A DNA stretch of 57,288 bases from Vitrella brassicaformis CCMP3155 (taxonomy: Eukaryota > Protista > Chromerida). Made by a program: the position numbers and the translations under genes. This document shows, in pieces, positions 1 to 10,153 of the stretch. The stretch spans positions 1 through 57,288 of the forward strand of contig CDMY01000528.1 in the NCBI GenBank assembly GCA_001179505.1. Reading direction: 5' to 3'. Numbering within the stretch: position 1 is the stretch's first letter; every line of letters starts with the position of its first letter. The notes under the pieces are model-generated. The model ran no database searches. It worked only from the letters and a program-made list of their open reading frames with translations, and was not told the origin of the DNA.

Positions 1-441
1 ACACATCACCGCTACCGATTTTCCTTTTCTCTTCCATACGATCGTGATCGAACGTTTTGTCTGACCGAACGTGTCGTTTCTTAAAGAAGCAAATTGGGCA
101 CTAGCCCAATTCGCGGACCTAACGCAGCTACTGAAAGCGCCACTCGAGTCAATACCGCCACAGGGTCGGGGCCGAGTTGAGTGTGCAGTTCAGCCACTTG
201 CATGTGCCAACTGGGTGAGAGCCAGAAGGTGCAAATGTGAGGAGGCCTGACGTGTGAGCAGGGTCAGTGCGGTGAAGGGCGCGTCTTACGGCTTAGACCG
301 GTAATCTGAGTGGCGGAGGAGTTCGTGTTGCGATCCAAATTGTCCCGAGTTCGAACCCAACGCAGCTACTGAAAAAAAAAATCCTCAGCTGGCCAAAAAA
401 AAAAAAATTCCTCAGCTGGCCAGGAGGGATTCCCCTGTGCA

Positions 442-1179
442 ATGTTCAGTAAGGAGAAGGCTTCCCCTCCGTGTGGCGACTCCGCCTACCCGGGCTACCC
501 AACCTTCGATGAGGAGGTGCCCGCAACGCCCACCAGATCTGCCGCACTCGCCAGCATCTTCGCCGCCTCACGTGACCTGCCCAGCCGCAGCCACATCATG
601 CAAGAGATCTCCATGGACACTCACGAGAGTGGCGCTTCCGACACCCCCGCTCCCAGCCGCGGTCGCGTGATGGAGGAGATCTCCATTGCCACCGCTCCCA
701 GCCGCGGGAAGGTCATGAAGGAGATCCAGGCCGCTCCGCGTGAGGCCCCGGCCTCTCGTGGCGCGGTGCTGAAGGAGGTTCAGGTCGCTTCGCGTGAGGA
801 TGTGTGTGAGGTGCCCTCTCGCGGCACGGTGATGCGGGAGGTAAAGGCTGCTGGCGGGGACGGGGGGCGCACACAGGGGGGAGTGGCGTACGGCTGGGCG
901 TGGTGGTGGGTGGGGCATGGCCATGGCGGCCGGAACAAGTGCCATAAAGAGGAGATCCAGGCGGCCGCGTGCTGCCTTGGAGGTAAGTATGCTAAGGAAG
1001 AACCACGACGGACCGTGTTTGTCTGTGCATGTCTTGTTGCAATGGGTGCAGTGTTGTTGGTGAGCCTCCTGGCTCTGGTATTGGTGGCGGTGTGTGCGCA
1101 CTTTGCTCCGGTGGCCCACAAGACATCCCACCACCTCGCCGGCCATTTCACCGTGTTAGTGTGTTGTGTGGAGGGATAA
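442..1179 (+). CDS. ORF with five PSRGxVMxE(I/V)-type repeats; either a stand-alone protein with a C-terminal hydrophobic segment or the first exon of the downstream gene
   Basis: 245-aa ORF with repeats PSRSHIMQEI, PSRGRVMEEI, PSRGKVMKEI, ASRGAVLKEV, PSRGTVMREV. Candidate donors at 841 (GAG|GTAAAG) and 983 (GAG|GTAAGT), but I could not close the phase to the 1239 acceptor. Confidence 0.55.
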   Translation: MFSKEKASPPCGDSAYPGYPTFDEEVPATPTRSAALASIFAASRDLPSRSHIMQEISMDTHESGASDTPAPSRGRVMEEISIATAPSRGKVMKEIQAAPREAPASRGAVLKEVQVASREDVCEVPSRGTVMREVKAAGGDGGRTQGGVAYGWAWWWVGHGHGGRNKCHKEEIQAAACCLGGKYAKEEPRRTVFVCACLVAMGAVLLVSLLALVLVAVCAHFAPVAHKTSHHLAGHFTVLVCCVEG

Positions 1180-1238
1180 GGGAAACAAACAATGCAATGC
1201 ACCAAAAGGACGATGTGTGTGGTGGTTTGCGTGTGCAG

Positions 1239-2975
1239 TGTCCACCATGCGGCCCCCTCTGCCCCGGCTCTCCCGCCCCCTCCCCAGCACCCCGCCCCAC
1301 CTGTGCACAAGCAGACCAACCACCAGGGCGACAAGAAGATGGAAGCCATCCCGCCCATCCCGCCGATGCATCCGGCAGTGGGGCAGCCGGTGCCGGTGCC
1401 GGTGCCGCCCCGGCAGGACCTCCCCCCGTCAGCCCCGGCATGCACAGACACAGCCTCGGGCAAGTGCGACCGCATCAACTTCTCTGAGCAGGCCCACCAC
1501 CACCACTCTGCCGCGATGCCCCCGCCGTCAGCTCCACAGCAGGAGCCGGAGGCTGAGCCAGAGCCCGAGCAGGCAGAGCAGCAGAGTGCCCCGGGTGGGG
1601 CGGACATCGCATATAGGTGCGCACAGATGGCCACCGCCCATGACACGGGTGGATGCGTTTGATTCCTGTGTCTGTGGGTGTGGGTTCAGTGTGGAGATGG
1701 AGGCGATGGGTCGGCTTGCCCGTGCCGGCCATGTGTATGAGATATCCTATGCGTCTGACGTGACCCGCAAGACCCACCGCATATTCATCGACGAGAAGGA
1801 CACGAAAGAGCTCACCTCAGTGGTCGTCGACACACAAGACGTACGTACGCAGAGCAACAGAGACGAAGGGCGGGTATATGTGTCAGTCTCTGTCTCTGTA
1901 TGTGTGTGTCAAGGTCCCGCTTTCTCAGTATGACAAGGCGATGCTGGCCCAGCAGGGCCAGAAGCTCGATGCCGCACTGGCTGAGACCGAGAAGCGCATC
2001 AAGGCCGACCCCAGATACCTCGAGAACAACGAAACTGACAAACGCAATTACGCCTCGGTACACACGCCAGCCCTCACACAGACCTGTGTCTCATGCGATG
2101 TCTTGCGTTGGTGGTGCAGGCTGTGTTAAATTTCGATGCCATCGCCAAGGCCGTCGGCAGCGGCGGGTTCAACAAAATGCGTGTCGACGAGACGGCCGTC
2201 GTCCGTGCGAGCCAGCAGGGCCACAAGGACATTGTGGTGATGGTGTGGCCACAGGAAGCACTCAAGCTAAGGTAAGTGGGCACACACAGAGAAAGAGACA
2301 CAGAGAGAGAGGCAGACACAGACAAGGCATCTCTGCTTGTGTGTTGCTGCAGTAGTCTGGTCCGAGCCGCCCGTGCCGGCCAGGTGTATGAGCTCTCGTA
2401 TGTGTCTGACGTCACGCACAAGACCCACCGCATATTCATGACCGACAAGGATATGAACAACATGAGAGGAGTAGTGGCCAACGACCGACAGGTGCGCACC
2501 TGTGTGAATCCGTGCCTCCATCGTTTTCTGTCTGCCAACCTGCCTGTCTGTCTGCCCCCTTCCTCTCCATTTGTAATGGTTCAGGGTTCGCTTCGTCAGT
2601 CGGACACGGCGATGCTGGCGCAGCAGGCCCAGAAGCTCGATGCAGCACTGGACGAGACCGAGCGGGCCATCCAAAAGAACAAGAACTATCTGACAAACGA
2701 CGAAAACAAGAAAGGACAATACGCCACGGTGAGGACAGGAAAATGGGGACTGGCAGCCCACCCACGCGCAGATGCGCCTGTCTATGTGTTTGGATGGATA
2801 GATGGATGGATGGTCGTAGGCGGCTTTGAAGTTCCATTCGGTTGCCACCGCTCTCGGCAATGAGGGTTTCAAGCTCAACAGAGTGACCGGCAGCACCCTC
2901 ATGGCGGCTGTGCGAGACGATGGCCGACAGAACGATATTGTGGTCATCATATGGCCGCAGGCCGCCATCGCATGA
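1239..2975 (+). CDS. Multi-exon hypothetical protein: Pro-rich N-terminal part plus two tandem copies of an unrecognised ~150-aa domain (5' end uncertain)
   Basis: In-phase exons ~1239-1616, 1690-1840, 1914-2057, 2120-2271, 2353-2491, 2585-2728, 2820-2975 (TGA). Repeat 1 ARAGHVYEISYASDVTRKTHRIF...AMLAQQGQKLDAAL...DIVVMVWPQ vs repeat 2 ARAGQVYELSYVSDVTHKTHRIF...AMLAQQAQKLDAAL...DIVVIIWPQ. Confidence 0.8.
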
Positions 2976-3294
2976 GACAAACGGAGATAGATAGATAGAA
3001 AGACAGACATACGGACGGCACAATTCCGTCACCCACGCACTTAATTTTCGGTGGTAGTGATCAGCACGTGTGCATGTGTGCGCAGGCGTAAGACATGAGA
3101 CGTGTTGGTGTGTTGAGGTGTCTTGAGCGCATAGCATACAGGGTGCCCGCCCGACGGACGAACGAGTCATGCCACTGCTGCGTGCATCTTCCCACACAGG
3201 CACGCACAGACACAGACGTATCGTATCTACAAGATAGCTGAGGTCTGTACAGCCACACGCGCACCAGCTCTCTCTCCAATAGCCATTCATCGCT

Positions 3295-5051
3295 TCACTC
3301 ATGTCTGCCTCTCTTGCCGCTCTCTGCCCAGGGCACTCTCCTGCTCTCTGCAAGCCGCCTCATGGCCTGCGACACACCACCACGGCCACCACCACCAGCA
3401 GCAGCTCTCGATGGCTCCTCCTCGAAGAGGCCCTCCTCATCTGAGTCATCGTCACGATCCCCCCAATGCATTGGGTCGTTGGCAGGGCTGCACGACAGGT
3501 AGCAACACATGCAGCGCACTCACCGCCAATTCTCGTGTGTTTCCGGCTCATGCTTACTCACCGTTCTTTGCCAGTGATGGTTGCGGCACGGTCCACCTGT
3601 GTCTGAAAGGCCTTCTGAAGGCTCTGCAGGAACGAACACACAGTCGGGTCAATCAACATAGGACAGACCGTGGTGGTAGTATGCCGCCTACCTTCATCTC
3701 TTGCGCCATCCGCCGCGCGTCGTGCTGCATGTCGGCCGGCACGGGCGGCGCTGATGGCGGCGCCGGGCTGTCGAGATGGCACGTCGCGTCAAGCAGCTGA
3801 AGCCACGATGTCAGACGCCTGAATGAGAGCAGAGAGGACGTGTGTGCGTGATTTGTGTGGTGTGTGGCATTGCCGGCTGTGTTTCCTTCCTCTCGTACCG
3901 ACCTGCTCCATTTTCGCCTCCATATGCCGCAATCCTCCTTCATGCCCTCAATCAGCACGTGTGCGCCCTCCTCCGGGTCATCACCATGCCCACTATCAGC
4001 CAGATCCACGTAGTCATGCTGGATGGCAGGCAACAGACATATGGCGCCGTCTGTGGGTCCATTTATCTCACTGACTGACCAGTCGTTTGATGGCGTCCCT
4101 GATATCTCCTCTGCCCTGCGCCCACTCTCGCCCCACCCGCTGCACCACATCACGCACACTCTCCTCACGCCGCCGCCTCGCCGCCTCATGAGCTGCACGG
4201 GCGTCGGGCACAGCAATCGTCGTGGCGTTCCTCAGATACCTACACACACACACACACACACACACACGGACGGTAGACAGACGAGAGAGGTGGGGAGGGA
4301 CACAGTGTGGTATCTGCCTCTCTCTCCGACTCACTTGACGGCATTGCTGAGTGCGGCGTGTGTGTGTCCGTATCGCTCGTTCCACTCGACGAGCATGGCT
4401 GTGGATCTCTCCTGCAGCGACGTCCATTTGGGGTCCTCACGCGCCCGCTTATTATGCGACGGCATACCCTGATGAATCGGATCCGTGAGAGAACGCGGCG
4501 ATACCAAAACACACACACATACGCATAGACACACACACACACACACACACATGGGACAAGGGACAAACGATCACACACAGACCGTGTTAGATCTCACCCT
4601 CCGGTGCACACAGAGGTCCAGCCACGTCTTGATGTCTTCACACACGACCGTGCGGAAGGCCGCTGACTTGACGAACAGCTTCTCAGTCAGATCAAGCGCG
4701 GCGAGGCGAGAGGCCACGGATGCCGAGGACAGATGCGTCACCAGGATCTGCCTGCACAGCACAGCCACAGCACAGCACAGCAGCGTGACAAAATGGACCA
4801 TCTTTCCACGCCACTTTCCACGCCTTTCTCTCTGATGTTTCCCACCAGGCGTCTTTCACGTTGCTATCTTGGCGGAATAGCTCCTTCAGCGTCCCCCATC
4901 TCTCCTTCCTCACCTCCTCGTCTGCAACCCCTGGGATCTCCCCAGACTCATCCCGCCGCCGTTTTTTGGGCTTCTGGGCAGCGTGTTTCTGCCTGTTGAA
5001 CAACAGGCCCTCGACGGTGACGGCCAGCGTGCTGTGAGCCTCTGCCGACAT
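3295..5051 (-). CDS. UVSSA: UV-stimulated scaffold protein A homologue (N-terminal VHS/ENTH-like domain); 3' end uncertain
   Basis: Spliced WQILVTHLSSASVASRLAALDLTEKLFVKSAAFRTVVCEDIKTWLDLCV...PKWTSLQERSTAMLVEWNERYG...YLRNATTIAVPDARAAHEAARRRREE aligns, from memory, with human UVSSA ([36 protein letters not shown]...RAVEGWNEKFG...FLRHNKK). N-terminal KPKKRRR NLS; acidic DDDSDEE patch near the end. Confidence 0.75.
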
Positions 5052-5447
5052 GGAGTGCGTTTCCTCCGAGCGCGAGCTTCAGACCGATCGTCTTCTCAAC
5101 TATCTCACCTCTCTGAATCCTTCGCGTGATGCCGACTATGAAGGTGTGGACTCGAGTCGCGCTGTGAAGTGTGCCTGACTGATTTGCTGGCTGCGCTTCT
5201 TATCGTGCCCGCGCGGTCCCTGTCTATCTGCCTAGGCAGCCGCATCACAACACCTTTTTGATTATTGCAGCCGCAGGACCCTTCAGCCCTCCCACTCGCC
5301 TCAGTCGACCCTCGCTGACACAAGGCACCCGTCTCACGGACGCGCGCATCTCATCCATCTCACCTACGTCTGAGAGGCTGGTCGGTGCGGGTGATGCTGG
5401 CGGGTCGCCGGGTGCGTTGTTGAGCCGCCATCGTCTGGAGGAGCGCT

Positions 5448-7528
5448 GTGGCGGCCACCCCATTCGCACCCATGGTGATGGGTTTTGAGTCATTCGACAA
5501 TGAGGACGCCGGCTCTCTCTCGCGGCGGAATCGGCACGCCCACAACCTCCACCACCACTTCCCCTGCTCGGCTGCTGATTTGTCCAGCGAGGCCGACAGC
5601 AGCCTGCTGATCCCGTCCCCATCGTCATGCGGCAGCCGGCAGCGGACCCTCCCCGCCATCCCCGGCGCGCCCCGGCTGCCCGGCTCGATGCGCTTCCCCC
5701 CTGTGGGTCGGGCAGGCACCCACTGCAACCGGCTGCCGTCCCTGTCAGGCAAGACGCATGACGAGATCGACGAGCAGAAAGTCGCACTCGTGCTGCCCGT
5801 CCTGTCGGCTGTCAGCACCCACATTCCCGATGGGTCGCCCGACCCCCTCTCGCCCACGGCCTTCACGCCTTCGATGGGCAACCTGATGTTTCCGCAACTC
5901 GATGGCGCCAGGGAGGGGTTCGGCGATGGCGATATGGGGGAGGCTGACATGGATGGGCCGCCTGTCAAGAAAATGGTCGCGCCCACACCGGCAGCCAAGT
6001 TCAGGAGCGCCCCGGCGGCCGAGACCATCCCCGCTGAGCCTGCTGCTCGTGGGGTTGCTGGTATTGGCGGTGTTGCCGTGGGGACGCACCTGCCTGCGGT
6101 GCACATGTCGTCACGCGGCCACCTTCCAGAGAAGAAAACCACTGGTGTGGCCGCGCTGCTGCAGATGAGCGGCCGGGGAGGGGCGGGGGGCGGACACACC
6201 CACACCCACAACCACAACCATACCCACAGCCATACCAACCACCACTACAGCCACCACCACTCCACACCGTCCCCCCTGCCGCATGTCAACAGTGAGCGGG
6301 GGATGGGGCTGCAGCGGGTGAGCAACGCCGTCCGCGGCCTCTTTGGTGCCAACAACGCCGATAGAGAGAGGGAGAGGGAGAGGGAGCGGCCCGCCAAGGC
6401 CCCGGTGAAGCTCGCTGCCGTGATGCCGCCGCCCAGCAAGCCCACCCACCACCACAAGCGGCACGCCAGCCTGCCTGACATCGGCAGCATGGGCGTCAAC
6501 AGCAACTCGGGCATGGGCATGGGCATGGCCAGGGGCGGCATGGGTGTGGGTGCGGGTGTGCGTGGGGGTGGGGCTGGGAGGTCAGTGGACGAGGACAACG
6601 TGTTTTTGTCGGTGGACGACAGCGCCAAGGGCGACAAGAAGGTGGAGCGACTGCCCAGCGTCAAGAGGGGCGGGGGCGGTGGTGGTGGTGGTGTGGGTGT
6701 GGGTGACGGCCTGGGGTGCGATGCGCTAGTGGATGCTATCTGCAACCTCATGTCGGCCGTCACCACATGCGAGAGGGAACCTGGACAGGTACAGACAACA
6801 CTTGGGTGGTTTACTGGGGGATCTCCGGTGACATTTCTCTCTCTCCTCGTGTCTGTGTGTGTGGTGCAGGTGACCAAGTTCGATGCAGTGAGTGTGCCGG
6901 GGATCCCTGTGCGCGACTACTTCATTCGGTGAGCAAACCGCCGCACGCATACGCACCCATGCGCCATGGTGGAGCCCTTCTCTCTGTGTGTGTGTTCATG
7001 TGGGTCATCAGTTTGTCTGAGTACTGCTATTGTTCGCCCACGTGTCACCTGCTGAGCCTGATCTACATCGACCGGCTGGTCAAGCGCGTGAGGGACTTCC
7101 GAGTCGACGCACTCAACATTCACAGGTATACACACACACACAGAGAGACGTGTACAAGACAGCTAGTAAGGAAGGGCATGCGTGCGGGTGTGTGTGTGTG
7201 GATGTGGGCAGGCTGCTGGTGACGACCACCATGATCGCCGCCAAGTTCTACGACGACAAATTCCATGCCAACAGCTTCTATGCACACGTATGAGTGAACT
7301 GCACTGCACGCCTCGCCCTCCTTCGCCCCTCCCTTCCCCTCCCCGCCACACACACACACACACCTGTGTCTCTCTCCCTCCGTGTGTCAGGTTGGCGGGG
7401 TGTCCACGCGTGAGATGAACCGTCTGGAGGTGCGGCTGCTGTCTCTGCTCGACTACCGGCTGGTCGTCTCGCCCGAGGAATTCGCTCAGTACACCCAATA
7501 CGTCATGTCGCTCGCATCAAGTAACTGA
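5448..7528 (+). CDS. Pho80/PCL (cyclin U/P-type) cyclin with long disordered N-terminus
   Basis: C-terminal exons give KFDAVSVPGIPVRDYFIR|LSEYCYCSPTCHLLSLIYIDRL...VDALNIHR|LLVTTTMIAAKFYDDKFHANSFYAH|VGGVSTREMNRLEVRLLSLLDYRL, a classical Pho80-like cyclin box; TGA at 7526-7528. Start could be 5448 or 5472. Confidence 0.9.
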
Positions 7529-10153
7529 CCAACAGACACACACACACACACACACAGGGAGAGCCCAGCCGCAGATTGACAGACAGAAATCGACACCGTG
7601 TGCGGCGCGTGTGTGTGTGTTGGTCAGTGGTGCGTCCGACGTCCTGTCCTTTGCCGTCGAGCACCATCCCGCCCCCCGACGCAGACACAGAGCCGCCCAG
7701 GAAGAACATATCCTTGAAGAGAAGCAAGAAACGGCTCACTGCCGCCTAGAAAGGCCTGATCATAGACAGGACAGCCTGCCTGACATCACACCACACCACA
7801 CCACACCATGGCTGCCTGCCTGCCTGCCTGCCGACCGGCTCCCTCTCTCTCCCCTTTTTTTTATTTGTCCTTTGTGTGCATAGAATGAGTGCGTCTGTCT
7901 GTCTGTCAGTCAGTCTGTGTGCCCTTTTTGTGTCCATCTGATTGTCGGATGCCACGCTCGACAGACGGGATGGACGGAATGGACGCGCAGAGGGAGAGGT
8001 TTTGTATTAGCCGGCTTGGGTGGCGGCTTGGCTTGGCCTGGCTGGTGCGGTGTGGCTGGTGCGGTGGTTTGTTTCACGGACAGTGAAAGACAAGACGACG
8101 TTTATCTTTATTTCCTTTCCTTTTCTTATACGGCTGTTATGGCTGTACGCACCGTCTATGTGTCTATGTGTCTATGTGTGTATGTATGTGTATGTAAGCA
8201 GACAGAGACGATTGGTCGTCTTTCTTTCCTTTCTGTGCATGCCATGCGTGTGTGTGGTGGGTATGTGGTGGGCGGGGCGGTTGTGTGGGTGTGGTGTGGT
8301 GTTTGGGTGGGTGTGTGGGGGTGCCTGACAGAGAGGCGGCCAATCGCCTGACACACAAAGGCAGACAGACAGACAGACAGAAGGAAGGCAGATAGAGAGA
8401 GATAATGACAGATAGAGGGAGAGGAGCTTATTTAGAAGCTCACGGGGCTAAATGATGACTGACTCGCTTGGGGGGGCCTGTGGGCGGGTTGGATTGCCCG
8501 ATGGATGGATGGATGGACAATCGCATCAACCGCCGCTGATCGAGATAGCATAGCATGGCCGGCCGGGAATGGATGGATGGTGTGGTGTGGCCAGGGGCAC
8601 TCACACGTGCCTTCCGGGAGGGAGGGATGGATGGACAAGTGAGAGGTGAATGGTGTGTATCTTATCTGTCTATCCGTGCATCTGTGCCTCACATGTGTAC
8701 GCGCGCCAGTGCCCTCCCACCCCTCCCCTCCCCTCCCCTCCCCGCCCCCTTGCCGATCGTAGCAACCGTGACTACTTTGTTCTTCCTCTCTCCCTCCCTC
8801 TCTCTGTGGTGCGTTTGTATCTATACAACGGTCTGTCTGACGGCTTGCCTCACTGGACTCTCCTTGATTGATTGATTGATGGGATTGTATGACTGCGTTT
8901 TTGCCGACGTCTGACTGACTTGACGTGACCCTCCCTCCCTCCCTGTGTCCCTGCCTGCCTGCCTCTCGACTCACTGGGATCCCTCCTGTGTGCTGTCTGG
9001 CTGCGTGTGCACATGGAACGACAAGTAGGTGCCTGGAAGCCAGCCAGCGCTTTCACGGCATCCACACAATTCACTCACGCACGCCAGACAGCAGGTAGAG
9101 GGCCCGGTGCAGTCAGTCACTGTCTGGCAGATAGACGGGCAGACAGGCGGATGGTGGTCAGAGATAGGTGGGCGGACGAACGGATCGGATGGATACCGAT
9201 CGATCGGATCGATCTGCATCATTGCATTTGTATACGTATACGTATGTGTATGTGTCCCCGATCCATGTCGTGCACGTGTGTGTGTATGTGTGTATGTCAG
9301 ATCGAGGAGAGAGTGATTTGTACGGATCGGATGGGCGCATTAATTGCGCTACGCAGACGTGTGCGCGTGCCACTCACTATATATAACGATAGATATCAAT
9401 CGACTGACTGGCGGCGGCGTGGGGTTTGGCTGACTGACTGACTGGTTGGTTGACTGATTTGATGGATGGATGGATGCATTTGGACCAGCTCTGGCACTCA
9501 TTGCCTCACCCAGACTCTGTTGAGTGAAAGAAAGCAGTGGCTTATTTGCAACAAAGAAACGCACCCACAAAATCGAAGCAGCCTTTGATAGCATGAGGCT
9601 TCGTATGTACTTTTCGCATGTACTTCCCGGGTAGGCGGAGTCATCGGCACACGGCGGGGAAGCGCCCTCATGGCCGAGGCGAGTATTCTCGCCAAAGGAG
9701 CTCGCATTACTTTGGCGAACAGAGTTTTAGTTTGATGACAGGCATGTCTGATGCCTCCACAATTCCTCTCATCACCATCATCGGTAAGACCTCTCGGCCC
9801 ATTCACTCAGTGAGCCAGTGCGCTACGCCTTCCCATCAGCGAGGCCAACTGAGGGAGGCGGGCAGACAGATGATGCATGAGAGATGGAAACGACAGGCAA
9901 CACATTCCCTTCCCTCCCTGCGTGGCTGTGCGGTCTGTGTGCCGTCAGATCTGACGGTGACGGGCTGAGTGAGAGGTTCTGGACGGCTCTGACGGGCAGC
10001 ACTGATCAGTCGGGCTGCTTCTTGATGGCTGACGCCAAAACTCACACACTGAACTGTGAGTCGGCAGACTGAGAGCACAGGCACACTGATGACTGCATCC
10101 CATCTCGCTGTGTGGCTGCTTCCTTGGTGCAGGAGGTTGACCGTGTTCGTCAG

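Noticed and set aside
301-375. Functional tRNA gene
   Set aside because: A/B-box-like words are present, but the T-stem and anticodon arm do not pair; kept only as a possible SINE remnant.
5360-6877. Long antisense ORFs over real exons (e.g. 5360-6238, 13121-13693, 22960-23604, 49433-50317)
   Set aside because: Expected shadow ORFs in GC-rich coding sequence; no independent motifs.
7530-9600. Many 60-180 aa ORFs in intergenic and intronic DNA (also 11900-13000, 29300-31500, 37050-40200, 52600-57200)
   Set aside because: Their translations are CVCV/THTH/DRQT/WMDG/SIHP products of microsatellites, with no splice-phase coherence or homology.
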